Shown: piece by piece, positions 39,018 to 51,752 of the stretch
Numbering within the stretch: position 1 is the first letter of the stretch
Layout: every line of letters starts with the position of its first letter
Assembly (NCBI GenBank): GCA_951406725.2
Contig: OX597839.1
Location: 9,238,001 to 9,302,000 of the forward strand
Length of the DNA stretch: 64,000 bases
DNA from: Octopus vulgaris
Taxonomy: Eukaryota
Reading direction: 5' to 3'
Program-made: the position numbers and the translations under genes
Notes under the pieces: generated by a model
Databases searched by the model: none
Told to the model about the DNA's origin: nothing
What the model saw: the letters and a program-made list of their open reading frames with translations, nothing else

Positions 39018-39237
39018 TGGGGAGGCAGGGTTTGAAAAGTTCCTGGCTTTAGGTAAAAGAAAATACAGGAAGATCAGTTATCATGAATTTATTCAACATA
39101 TTCCCCTCTCAAATTCGCATACTAATTGCAGCAGCCCTTCAGTTTTCCCAAGCTGTATAAAAGAACTCAGAGGGATTGGCCTCCAACCAGCCCTTTTGTG
39201 ATATCCTTAAAGTCGGGATCTTTTTAGAATGTCCTCA
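39018..39237 (-). mobile_element. Mariner MITE, family of 2370-2587
   Basis: TIR TTGAAAAGTTCCTGGCTTT; interior is the rc of the 2370 copy. Confidence 0.7.
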
Positions 39238-39706
39238 TATAAATGTATAGACCTTCACACACACACACAGCATACAAACGTGTTAGTTTGTGTATTAATG
39301 TGTGTGTTGTATTAAAGACAATGCTTTGTTCTAGATTTAAAATTTCTGAAGGATCTTTTTATATTTTCTTACAAGTCCCTTACAGTTCACTTTAAACAAT
39401 AAAGTCCTGAAATCCATCATCATCATTAACATTTCTAGATGAGATTATATGAGTCTAGAAACATTGACGATTATGATTCCATGTAGTTTGGCAAAAGAGA
39501 CCAACAGAATAAGTACTAGGCTTACAAAGAATAAGTCCTGGGGTCAATTTCTTAAACAAAAACCTTTTAAGGTGGTGCCCAAGCATGGCCACTGTCAAAA
39601 TGACTGAAACATGTACAAGAATAAAAGTACGTACGTACGTACGTACGTACATACATACATACATACATACATACATACATACATACATACATACATACAT
39701 ACATAC

Positions 39707-39746
<40 letters not shown>

Positions 39747-40334
39747 GTAAATAAGAAAACTAACAAAAACACAGCAAAGTAATTGGATGCCAACAAAGAA
39801 TATATAGTAAAAATAAAAGAAAACAAAAAAAAAAATAATCATTCTATTTTTAGTGTATAAATAAATTACACATACGCACATAACATACGTGTGTGTGTGT
39901 GTGTAAGGTATATATAATACATATTATGCAACACATTGTTAACAAATATATGAAAATATCAAATTTAATGAAGGTGGAAGACAAGCAGAGACTGATTCTT
40001 GTTGTTTTGTAATTTAAGACTGATGTTTTCTTCCTCCTCCAGGGCTGGAAGCAAAGATTGTGAATCAAAACTTTATACAGAAAGTAATTAAAAGTAAAAC
40101 ACTGGAATCCAAAGAAACCACTGTTTTGGTGTTGCTAAATCTTAATGCAAAGAGTTCAGGCGGTAGAATAAATTTTGTACCAAGCGGAAGAAGAGAAGTC
40201 TTGTATTTCAAGCAGAAACCATTGCGGAAGAGAGATGAAAAGATGAAATGAGTAAAGTGATTGCTAGAACAAAAAAATTGCACAAGAATCAAAAGTATTG
40301 AGAGCTTCTTACTTTTTCCATATACTATTGGGTG

Positions 40335-40770
40335 CCTAGAGGCATTTCATGTGTCTTTACTTTCTGAGTTCAAATTCTGAAGGCACATGGCTCAGTGGTT
40401 AGAGCGTCGAGCTTATGATCGTGAGGTTGTGAGCTTGAATCCCGGTACCTAGAGGCATTTCATGCATCTTTACTTTCTGAGTTCAAATTCTGAAGGCACA
40501 TGGCTCAGTGGTTAGAGCGTCGAGCTTACGATCGCGAGGTTGTGAGCTCGAATCCCGGTACCTAGAGGCATTTCATGCGTCTTTACTTTCTGAGTTCAAA
40601 TTCTGAAGGCACATGGCTCAGTGGTTAGAGCGTCGAGCTTACGATCGTGAGGTTGTGAGCTCGAATCCCGGACCGGGTTGCATGTTGTGTTCTTGAGCAA
40701 GACACTTTATTTCACGTTGCTCCAGTTAACTCAGCTGTAGAAATGAGTTGCGACGTCACAGGTGCCAAGC
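40335..40770 (+). repeat. Three tandem 113-bp units, each with a tRNA-like SINE head; the third continues into the SINE body
   Basis: CCTAGAGGCATTTCATG at 40335, 40448 and 40561; each unit has TGGCTCAGTGGTTAGAGCG...GAGCT(C/T)GAATCCC. Confidence 0.9.
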
Positions 40771-40911
40771 TGAACTGCCACACAGATGATTTGTTTATAA
40801 TGATCAAATGTATGTGTTGTATATTAGCTCAGTCCCTCCATCAAATCAACATTGCCCGAAACAGGTGCACAATGTGATACACGTCAGATGATGGAATGAT
40901 TGCAGGGCAAC

Positions 40912-41515
40912 AGCGTGGCAGTGTGGTATGAAGTTTGCTTCCCAACCACATAATTCCAGATTCAGTCCAACAGTGTAACACCTTGGACAGGTGTCTTCTA
41001 TTATAGCCTTGAACCAACCAAAGCCTTGTGAGTGGATTTGATAGACAGAAACTGAAAGAAGCCCATCATATATTATATATAAAGGGAAAGTTTACGAAAA
41101 TAAACAAAAGACGAAGGCAGGTGGAGTACAAACAAACAAATGTATTAGTATAGCGCTCAGGAGTAGAAAAAGTCTTTTAGGTTTCAAGCCTACGCTCTTC
41201 GACAGAAAGATACACAGAAAAAAACAAGGAGAGAAATAAGGAGAGAGAAAAAATGCGGGTAGGAGCTAACGATATATATATATAAATATGCATGTGTGTG
41301 AATGTATATCTTTGTGTCTGTGTTTGTCCCCCACCACCATTTGACAACTGGTTTTGGCATGTTTACATCCCCATAACTTAGCAGTTCAGCAAAAGAGACC
41401 AACAGAATAAGTACCAGGCTTTACAAAAAGTAAGTACTGGGGTCGACAAAACATTCTTCAAGGCGGTGCCCCAGCATGGCCGCAGTCTAATGACAGAAAC
41501 AAGTAAAAGATACAA
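40912..41515 (+). mobile_element. SINE-A with an H1 element inserted in its (TA)n
   Basis: SINE halves flank 41081-41272. Confidence 0.8.
41081..41272 (-). mobile_element. (TA)n-inserted ~190-bp element H1 with minimal hammerhead motif (41173-41210)
   Basis: rc TCTTT-CTGTCGAA-GAGC-gtag-GCTT-GAAA-CC-TA-AAAGA; homologous to 54122-54334. Confidence 0.75.
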
Positions 41516-41530
41516 GATATATATATATAT

Positions 41531-41738
41531 AAAGTTAATCCAAACATGAAAACACAAACAGAAAACACAACAACGCGAGGACGTGGAACAAGTATAGTAT
41601 TATTGGACGCTCAGGAAAGAAGGAAAGAAGAAGGGTTTAGCGTTTCGAGCGGAGGTCTTTGTCAGAAACATAGGAAATGGAAAGATCCAAAGAAGGGAAG
41701 ACGAAGGAAAAAAATCGCCAACGGTACACACACGGTCA
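41531..41738 (-). mobile_element. (TA)n-inserted ~205-bp element H2 with degenerate hammerhead (41635-41670)
   Basis: rc GTTT-CTGACAAA-GACC-tcc-GCTC-GAAA-CG-CT-AAAC; (TA)n on both sides; homologous to 41945-42148. Confidence 0.7.
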
Positions 41739-41882
41739 TATATATATATATATATTATATTAAATTAGAGATAAAACCACTATTAGGCAAATCAAACAAT
41801 GAAAAACTTAAGCCAATACATAAAATTAATTAATTTATATTATTTTAAATATATATCAAAAGTATTAAAAGTTTAATAAAAG

Positions 41883-41944
<62 letters not shown>

Positions 41945-41945
<1 letters not shown>

Positions 41946-42148
41946 CTAATAAAAAAAACCCAGAAAAAACACAAGAAAAAACAACAATGCGAGGACGTGG
42001 AATATGCAAAGTATTAATAAGGTGTTCAGGGAAGAAAAGAAAGAGTGCTTTACGTTTCAAGCAAAGCTCTTCTTCAGAAACAGGAAATAGAGGAAAGTCC
42101 AAACGAAAAGGAAGATGGGGAAAAAAGATTGCCAACAATCCACACCCA
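41945..42148 (-). mobile_element. (TA)n-inserted ~205-bp element H2' with minimal hammerhead (42046-42082)
   Basis: rc TGTTT-CTGAAGAA-GAGC-ttt-GCTT-GAAA-CG-TA-AAGCA; (TA)n flanks. Confidence 0.75.
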
Positions 42149-42640
42149 TATATATTCTAAAATTGAGGCTGATAGTCTGGAAAATTGTAATCTGACTAAC
42201 AATAACTCGTTTCAAACATTTAGACATTTCATCAAAGTATTTCTTTCTTTGGCAAAAGCTAAAATTCATAAGAATGTATTATTACTGGCATCAATGAAGT
42301 AAACTTGTTAACCACTCAGAAATGCCTTGCATGCACCCACACACACACACATACATATATATATGATGTGTGTGTGTAAGAATATGTAGTGTGTTTGTAT
42401 ACAAAGAAAGATAGAAAGAGGGAGAGAGGGGGAGTGAGAGAGAGAGAGAGAGAGACAGACACACACACACACACATATACACGCCACACATGCACACATA
42501 TACATATTTATAAAAACACACCTATGCACACATACAGATATATACACCTGTATTGCAAGTGTGTGTGTAGGTGTGTGTGTGTGTAGTTGTGTGTGTGTAT
42601 GTGTGTTATCTAGCTATCAATGCATACATACATGTATTCA

Positions 42641-42693
<53 letters not shown>

Positions 42694-42819
42694 AGTGAGT
42701 AGAAATTCCATAGTGTACCAAACGCAAACTATGAGCACACAAGAGGTGCAGTGGAATCCCAGGAAGTTCAACAAAGAAAGTAGACTGTATATGTGGAAAA
42801 TGCACAGGAACAATAAACA

Positions 42820-43090
42820 TTAAGTGTGTTCACAGGAAATGGATTTTTACAAATACCCAGGAGGATCCACAAATGTCATAGATAACTTCTATTACCTAAG
42901 TAACACAATTAGCAGTAGAGGAGGATTTTCTGAAAGCATAGTAGTTAGAGTGAGAACAAGCCACAGAAAGTTCAGAGAGGTATTATCTTGGTTGGTAACA
43001 AAAGGCTTCTCTTTCAGAGTGGAAGGCAGATTGTATGATGCATCTGAGATATGGACCTTGAACACAAATGAAACTATAGTTCTGCAGGTA
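42820..43090 (+). pseudogene. RTE LINE RT-thumb region fragment
   Basis: VIDNFYYLSNTISSRGG...RVRTSHRKFREV...GFSFRVEGRLYDA matches RTE V..F.YLG..I...GG...R....W.KFRE. Confidence 0.7.
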
Positions 43091-43204
43091 TAATGGGTGT
43101 AAACACAAAGCTCCCCTTATGTAGTCTCCCCTATCATGCCTTCCCCACTACCCCACATCTCCCTATTATTGGTCTTCTCGTGATAGTATCAGACTGCTGA
43201 AATT

Positions 43205-43612
43205 AAATATATTTCTTTACTACCCACAAGAGGCTACACACAGAGGGGACAAACGGATTAAGTCAATTACATCAACCCCAGTGTGTAACTGGTACTTATT
43301 TAATTGACCCTGAAAGGATGAAAGGCAAAGTCGACCTTGGCGGAATTTGAACTCAGAACATAGCGGCAGACGAAATACCTATTTCTTTACTACTCACAAG
43401 GAGCTAAACAGAGAGAGGACAAACAAGGACAGACAAATGGATTAAGTCGATTACATCGACCCCAGTGCGTAACTGGTACTTAATTTATCGACCCCGAAAG
43501 GATGAAAGGCAAAGTCGACCTCAGCAGAATTTGAACTCAGAACGTAACGGCAGACGAAATACGGCTACACATTTCGCCCGGCATGCTAACATTTCTGCCA
43601 GCTCGCCGCCTT
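43205..43612 (-). mobile_element. SINE-B full copy plus tandem 5'-truncated copy
   Basis: ATTTCTTTACTAC(C/T)CACAAG occurs twice; the core motif occurs twice. Confidence 0.8.
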
Positions 43613-44769
43613 TTAAAAGGCCCCACTACCCAGAATCACTTCTCTACTCATCCTTCTCTACTCGTATATTATACTAATCATCATTCTGCACTACCAGTTT
43701 ACTCTCCCAATCTCTAACTAGCCCTTACTTTCCTCATACACTCTTTTAATGTCCACCCATCCACCCTTCCCAATCTTGTCCCCACATGCCTTTGAACCTT
43801 GAGGACACACTTTGACACATCTCTACCACCATGTTTATCTCTCTGGCTTCACTCCAATTATCCCACCCACCCTTATATCATGCAAGGTAGCCATATATAT
43901 ATATCTCCTTTTCAACAATGTACTTGTTCTTGTCCCTTCTTTCATATTTTAACCTCTTAATGTCCAGCATAAAGCTGCCTCTCATTCAACTATACTTTCA
44001 TTCCATCAAGAGGAATCTTTAGTTTGGCAAAATACATAGAAACCTCACTAGTGCTGGTGCCATGAAAAGAAAAAAACAATCAGTGACTGGCTTTAGGAAG
44101 GGCATCCAGCCTCAGAAACCATGCCAATGCAGACACTGGAGTATGATGGAGTCCTCTGATTCATGGGATCTTGTTGAACCATCCAATCCATGCCAGTACA
44201 GAAGATGAATATTAGATGATGATGACGAGTCACACACACACACACACACACAAACATATATACTCATATGTACAAAAACATATATACATACACGTGCATA
44301 TATAGATGCTAGGCCAAAAACCATACACCGAGATAAAAACTAATTTAACATATCAAAATGAATAACAACAACAACAACAACAATAATAATAATAACTTAA
44401 TATAAATAAAATGTCAAAATAAAATGTGCATGCCTTTGGGCCCTCCCTGTACATACACAGACAGACATGCACACACACACACACACATTCATACATGTGG
44501 TTATGCATGCACACACACACACACATTTTGTAAATAGACAGGTGTTGCCTTTTAATCAATGTAAAAATTAAAACGCTAATAACAAACTGTGTAAATCAAT
44601 CATCTCAGCCTTGGCTTTCCCACAACGAAAAAAGAAAAAAACCTTTCCATATACATAAATGATGGACCAGCTGGGAACAGAGCTTTATTTAGAACTTTCA
44701 GCTATATGTACCAATGAGGGAGCTTCTCCTTTTTATGCATAGACTTCATCAATATACATCAGCAAAATA

Positions 44770-45300
<531 letters not shown>

Positions 45301-45533
45301 TATATACACAGGAGTCATTTTAGGAACTGATCTACATAAAATTTTCTGACCTTGAAGAGAATACATTTTTGTTTACAGAATTCAGAGTTTGGGGAAGAGC
45401 ATCAAAAATAAATATTCTACATTGTATATCTAGATGTATAGTTGTTTTTCTTCCCTTGTCTAAGTAGCAATACATTTGTCCTGATAATTGCTGACCTCCA
45501 CAGAACCAGAAAATACGAAAGTAAGTACAATAA

Positions 45534-45920
45534 AGCTGACCAGAAGAGAATTAATGCATTTGAGCTTTGGTGTTGGAGAAGACTTTTACGGATTCCATGG
45601 ACAGCGAGGCTCACCAATGGAGAAATTCTTAAGCAGATTAGGCCGAAAATGTCGCTAGAAGCTAGGATCACCAAGCATAGATTGGCATATTTTGGTCATA
45701 TTATGCGGAGAATATCCCTGGAGAAGGACATCATGCTCGGAATGGTCAGTGGCAAAAGAGGAAGAAGCCGACCAAGAACCCACTGGCTTGACACCATCAA
45801 GAGGGATACCAGAATGGACATGGCCAGTCTGAAAGAAGCAGCCCAGGATAGAACTGACTGGAGGACACTGATCCAACGAGTGACCGAGAGTCGACTTCGA
45901 CTGAGCAGATAGATAGATAG
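45534..45920 (+). mobile_element. 5'-truncated BovB-like RTE LINE with 11-bp TSD
   Basis: Open frame INAFELWCWRRLLRIPWTAR...YFGHIMRR.SLEKDIMLG...RGRSRPRTHWLD...RLRLS; (AGAT)n tail; TSD AAGTACAATAA at 45523-45533 and 45921-45931. Confidence 0.92.
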
Positions 45921-45991
45921 AAGTACAATAATGCAGAGTGACTTGGTGCTAAGCAACAGTAACTGAAGTTCCAAACTCTTGTTGTCCTTCT

Positions 45992-46230
45992 ACATCATCA
46001 TCATCATTTAAAGTCTGCTTTCCATGCTGGCATGGGTTAGAGTTTGACTGGAACTGGTAAGTTGGGGAGATGCGCCAGATTCCAGTCTGATTTGGAATGG
46101 TTTCTACAGCTGGATGCTCTTCCTAGCGCCAACCACTCCGTGAGTGTAGTGGGTGCTTTTTACGTGCCACTGGCACAGGTGCCAGGTGAGGCTGGCAAAG
46201 GCCACAATCGGATTGGTGCTTTTTATGTGC
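45992..46230 (-). mobile_element. (ATG)n-tailed RTE-type 3' repeat
   Basis: Family match. Confidence 0.7.
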
Positions 46231-46775
46231 CATAATGAACTAATCCTCCTGTATTTTCTTTTACCTGAAACCAGGAACTTTTCAGCACACCCTTATATAC
46301 AATGGTCAAGGCTGAAATTGGGTGTTGTTTCTAGCATGTCGACTGATAGCATATAATATTCTCACTGGTTTGATGTGTAGAAATTTTCTTTCAAAGAGAG
46401 AGGCAGCTGGTGTTTCAAGCACAAGTTAAATGACTATATAAAATGACTATATAAAAAATTGCTCCCACCCTTCCATCCAACCTGCTCCGCTCTACATCTA
46501 TCAGTTCATTTATTGTCTGTTTTTAGAAGTCAGCAAGTCAATTTAACTCATCGTGTAGAGTTGGCATAAATAAATGAATAGCAGGTCTTTAAACTTTTAA
46601 ATAACCCAATAAACTTTATCCTTTTTGAACAAATGTATGCTGGTAAAAATTTCTTTTGGAAATGCTTCAGAATTATTATTGACTCACAGTCTTCAAAGGA
46701 AAACAATGAGGAAAAAAAAAGCTACATCATCATCATCATCATAATCATCATCACCATTATCATCATCTAATGTCC

Positions 46776-46814
<39 letters not shown>

Positions 46815-47462
46815 CATCATAGGAATGAATAACAAAGATGAAATTATCATTCGCCACTGTTATTTCAATATTTCATTATCATGTAGAAGCTTTTGAAAGA
46901 ATACATATATCAATATATGAACGTGGATGTATTGTGTGTGTATACGTATGTGTATACATGTGTGTGTGTGTGTGTGCGTGTGTGTGTGTGTGTGCATACA
47001 CATATACCAGTGGGAGAAGAGGTAGGTTTATAAAGAGCGAAAAGCAGGCACAATTGATATTTCCCAGTAACAGCTTTAGAGCCAATAATTCTGTAGTTTA
47101 TGCCCCAATTGGGGTTAAATTAACCTTCCATCTCACAAAGATCAATCAAAAGGGAAATGGACCACCAGCTTGAAGGATGCTTTGCATACATAAAATTGGC
47201 ACAGAGTCACATTTGTTGGAGTCAAATAGCCTGTTTGGTTATTGGCTATCAATGGTGAGCAGCTTCGTGTTTCATTACCAGTATGATGCTGTCAACATGA
47301 CCACTGCAGGTTACTCTCAAAGGTGGAGACCTAAATAAATATATCAACAAAGGAAATATATATCAGCGGTTCTCAGACGTTTGTAATTATGATCCCTCGT
47401 TTTTGCTAAACACATCTTCCCCATTTTGAATGCACATACATGTAATATAAAACCTGAGTAGT

Positions 47463-48030
47463 GAAGGTGTGTGACATAATGGTTAGGGTATTTGGCGGCG
47501 AGCTGGCAGAAATGTTAGCACGCTGGACGAAATGCTTTGTGGTATTTTGTCCGCTGCTGCGTTCTGAGTTCAAATTCCGCCAAGGTCGACTTTGCCTTTC
47601 ATCCCTTTCAGGGTCGATAAATTAATCAGCAGTTACGCACTGGGGTCGATGTAATCGACTTAATCCGTTCATCTGTCCTTGTTTGTCCCCTCTGTGTTTA
47701 GCCCTTTATGGGTAGTAAAGAAATAGGTTAGGGTATTTGGCTACTGATCGTAATGTCAGGAGTTCAATTCCCTGCTGCATGTTGTGTCCTTGAGAAAGAC
47801 ACTTTATTTCACATTGCTCCAGTTCACTCAGCTGGCAAAAATGAGTTGTACTTGTAATTCAAAGGGCCAGCCTTTTCACATCCCGTGTCATGCTGAATCT
47901 CCCTGAGAACTACATTAAGGGTACACATGTCTGTGGAGTACTCAGCCACTTGCACATTAATTTCATTAGCAGGTTGTTCCATTGATCAGATCAACTGGCA
48001 CCCTCATCATCGTAACCAATGGAATGCCAG
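47463..48030 (+). mobile_element. SINE-C-related element with a nested SINE-B (47497-47725)
   Basis: Direct repeat GGTTAGGGTATTTGGC at 47481-47496 and 47726-47741 brackets the SINE-B. Confidence 0.85.
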
Positions 48031-48190
48031 ATTTCCAAAAAAAAAAAAAAAAAAAAAAACAGTAATTTAGTTTTGCATACCAGTTTAATCCTTTAGCGTT
48101 CAGATTATTCTGTCAAATATAATACTTATTTATTCACACTGTTTTGAATTAATCCTATATTATCTCATAGCTTCAAGATTTTAATGATGA

Positions 48191-48347
48191 GGTGCAGCTA
48201 TGTAGCAAGAAGCTTGCTTCCTAACCATTTGGTTCCAGATTCAATCCTGCAACATGACACCTTGGTCAAGTGTCTTCTACTATAGCCTTGAGCCAACCAA
48301 AGCCTTGTCAGTATATCTGGTAGATGGAAATTGCAAGAAGCCCATCA

Positions 48348-48398
<51 letters not shown>

Positions 48399-48523
48399 GT
48401 ATATTAGGACTACACAGCCACAACAGGAAATGTATTAGGACATGAAATGTAAAAGCCGGACTAGATTATTTTATGCGCAACTCCATTGTCTCCCGAGACA
48501 AAAAGGATGCCAACCAACCAACC

Positions 48524-48581
<58 letters not shown>

Positions 48582-48840
48582 TCATACATATATGTGTGTG
48601 TGCATGTGTGTGTATCTGTATGATTTTGTGCTTGTGTTTGTCTCCCATCACTGCTTCACAACTGGTGTTGGTGTATTTACATTCTCATAACTTAACAGTC
48701 GGGCAAAAGACATTGATAGAATAAGTACCTTTTCTTAAAAAAAAAATAAATACCGAGGTTGATTCGTTTGACAAAAAATTCTTCAAGGTGGTGCCCCAGC
48801 ATGGCCACAGTCTAATGACTGAAACAACTAAACAATAAAA
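48191..48840 (+). mobile_element. Diverged SINE-A with an unrelated ~120-bp insert (48405-48525) in its microsatellite
   Basis: SINE halves flank a non-SINE segment bounded by TA repeats. Confidence 0.7.
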
Positions 48841-49224
48841 GGTTAGAAAAATGGTATCAAAGACTTAAAAACCTGTGCAGATGCATCTATCAAACCATTT
48901 ACCATTCCCTCTGTACTGTTACCCATATAAACTTTTACACTGCCACCCTACCTTCCAGGGGATGCATAGTACTACCCACTGAAATTCACTGCTCTACAGG
49001 CTCACATGACCTGCAAGAAATAGAAGTCAAATCTCCATCAAATCCTATGCCATACTGTCATATAAAAGAAAAAGGAACATTTGATAATATAATCCTAGAT
49101 ATACTAAATAAGGAGGAGGAGGAGGAGGAGGAGGTAAGAAAGAAAGAAAGAATGAATGAATGAAAGAAAGAAACAGAGAGCCTAATTGTAGCAACCCAAG
49201 ATCAAGTGTTAAAAACAAACAACT

Positions 49225-49410
49225 TGAGAAAAAATATATATGGAGAGAATGTGTCAGAAAAATGTAGAGCTTGTGGGACTTGGAATAAGACAATGGCACA
49301 CATTGTGGGAAAATACCCCAAATTAGCACAGGAAGAATATAAGAAATGGAGGTATGAGCAGGCTGTGCCAGAAACGGGGATTTGAAAGTGGAGACTCATA
49401 GTACAATCAT
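49225..49410 (+). pseudogene. R4/Dong-like LINE zinc-knuckle fragment
   Basis: KCRACGTWNKTMAHIVGKYPKLAQEEYKKWR matches CR.C....ETI.HI.S.C..LAQ.EYK.R. Confidence 0.6.
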
Positions 49411-49611
49411 TCAATTTCTTTATTAGCCACAAGGGCCCAAACATAGAGGGGGACAATACAGCCTGATTGGGGTCAGACACACAATGATTATATGACTTCT
49501 AAAATTTTACAAAATATAATGAAATCGAATGAAATCGAATGAGATACAACAAGGACGAAATACAAACATGACATGAAGCAGAGAGATGGCTTACGCTCTG
49601 ACCCCACGAGC

Positions 49612-49921
49612 CCCCATTGCTTATGACCCATTGCTTCATCGCCACAAACTTGGCAAAGCATGCTCAATGTCCCTGTATCAGACTTCCCAAGTTTAATGCA
49701 ACATTTCACTTTGGCATGTTGTTCCAACTTCCTGTCCATGACAAAAAATCGCAGACTAGAGCGTACATGTGATCATAAAATCACAAATTTCACAACTTAC
49801 AAGTAAACACAGCAATGTCATTTGGCACACTGCCTCATGAAGGTCGCTGCTAGCTCTCACTGTACTGCCATCTGCTGGTGCACAATAGAACTAGTCCAGG
49901 AAGCTTTTGATAACACCTCAT
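49612..49921 (-). pseudogene. Mariner transposase N-terminus (HTH) with left TIR
   Basis: MDRKLEQHAKVKCCIKLGKSDTGTLSMLCQVCGDEAMG matches EQR..IKFC.KLGKSATET..ML..AYG; TIR-like rc TATGAGGTGTTATCAAAAGCTTCCTG. Confidence 0.8.
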
Positions 49922-50204
49922 ACACAAATTCAAGCACTTTCTCTGTATCACACACACTTTCTCTCTATATATATAACACACTTTCTCTCTTTCTCCATAA
50001 GTAGGTTGACAACTGATGGTGGTGTGTTTACGTCCCTGTAAATTAGTGGTTCAGCAAAAGTGACCAATAGAATAAGTACTAAGCTTCCAAAGACTAAGTC
50101 CTGGGGTCAATTTGCTTGACTAAAGACGGTGCTCCAGCATGGCCGCAGTCAAATGACTGAAACAAAAGAGAGAAAAATACACACACTCTCTCTCTCCCTC
50201 TCCC

Positions 50205-50264
<60 letters not shown>

Positions 50265-51070
50265 CTAAAGTATAAAAATTTATCTTAGAAGCAAAAAATA
50301 GTAAAGAAGAAAAAGTGCGATGATGGTCACAATGGTGTATGTAGTGATAGAAGCAGTGGTGGTAGTGGTGGCTGAAGTAGCAGCAACAGCAGTAGTAGTA
50401 GCAGTAGTAGTAATTATGCAACAACAGCCTAGTCTAATCAGATGTCTGCAAGCAGCAATAATTATTAAAGCTTGCTTCTTAAGTGGCCTTTTTTTTTTCC
50501 CCCACTTTCAGCAAACTGATTCTAACTTTACAAAAAAAAATTTTTTATATAAAAAAAAATGAAAAAAATATAAAATAAAAGGCATTAATCATTATTTCAT
50601 TAATTTTTCAACTCAGACTTTCACCAACATTGCTAAACCTATCAACAGTTTCTCGGTCAGGGAAGAGAGAAGCAAAATCATAATTTTCCAAATTAGGCAC
50701 AAAGCCAGCAGTTTGGTGGGTAGGGGTAAGATGGTTGTGCCGATTCCAGTATTTGATTGATATTTTAGCGACCCCGGAGAGTTGAAAGGTAAAGTTGATG
50801 TCATCAGGACTTGAACTCAGATAGTCAAAAAAAAAAATAGAAGAAATATCATAAGGCTTATCAAATGCTTTAACAATCTGGCCAATAAATAACCATTTCT
50901 AATTTAGGCACCCAGCCAGCAATTATATAAGGCAAGGGGTTATCCAATTAAATCACCCACTTGACCTTGCAGGTGCTCTGTTTAATCAACACTGTAGAGA
51001 AAAAAGGTAAATGTGACCCATGTAGGATTTTCAATTTGGAACATAAAGAGCCAGCTCTAATGATTCTGCC

Positions 51071-51108
<38 letters not shown>

Positions 51109-51344
51109 TAATAAGCCTTTCTACTAAAAGCACAAGGCCTGAAATTTGGGAGAAGGGGACTAGTCAATGACATCAATCCCAGTGTTTCACTGAAAGGATG
51201 GAAAGCAAAGTTGACCTTGGCAGAATTTGAACTCAGAATGTGGTGACAGACGAAATACCACTAAGTATTTCGCCCAGCATGCTAACAATTCTGCTAGCTC
51301 ACCACCTTAATAATAATAATACTAATTTCTTTTTTTTCTTTTTT

Positions 51345-51752
51345 TTTTACTTGTTTCAGTCATTTGACTGCGGCCATGCTGGAGCACCGCCTTTAGTCGA
51401 ATCAAATCGACCCCAGGACTTATTCTTTGTAAACCTAGTACTTATTCTATCGGTCTCTTTTGCCGAACCGCTAAGTGACGGGGACCTAAACACACCAGCA
51501 TCGGTTGTCAAGCAATGTTGGGGGAACAAACACAGACACACAAACATATACAAACACATACATATATATATACATATAATACATATATACGACGGGCTTC
51601 TTTCAGTTTCCGTCTACCAAATCCACTCACAAGGCTTTGGTCGGCCCAGGTATATAGTAGAAGACACTTGCCCAAAGTGCCACACAGTGGAACTGAACCC
51701 GGAACCATGTGGTTGGTAAGCAAGCTACTTACCATACAGCTACTCCTGCGCC
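51345..51752 (-). mobile_element. SINE-A
   Basis: Family match. Confidence 0.85.

Noticed and set aside
40024-40251. Pyrimidine tract plus CAG followed by a stop-free frame of about 69 codons (possible terminal exon)
   Set aside because: The peptide is not recognisable and no partner exons were found; it cannot be supported without RNA-seq or homology.
40380-40672. Functional tRNA genes
   Set aside because: The heads run into SINE body or into the next repeat unit, have a non-canonical B box and lack a Pol III terminator; treated as SINE-derived.
45442-45912. 156-aa ORF as a host gene
   Set aside because: The informative part is an RTE LINE C-terminus bounded by a TSD; the upstream part is fortuitous flank.
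47364-48991. One large hAT element defined by CAGCGGTTCTCA and TGAAATTCACTG ends
   Set aside because: The ends are degenerate and the 8-bp flanks do not match, so pairing the two ends is unsupported.
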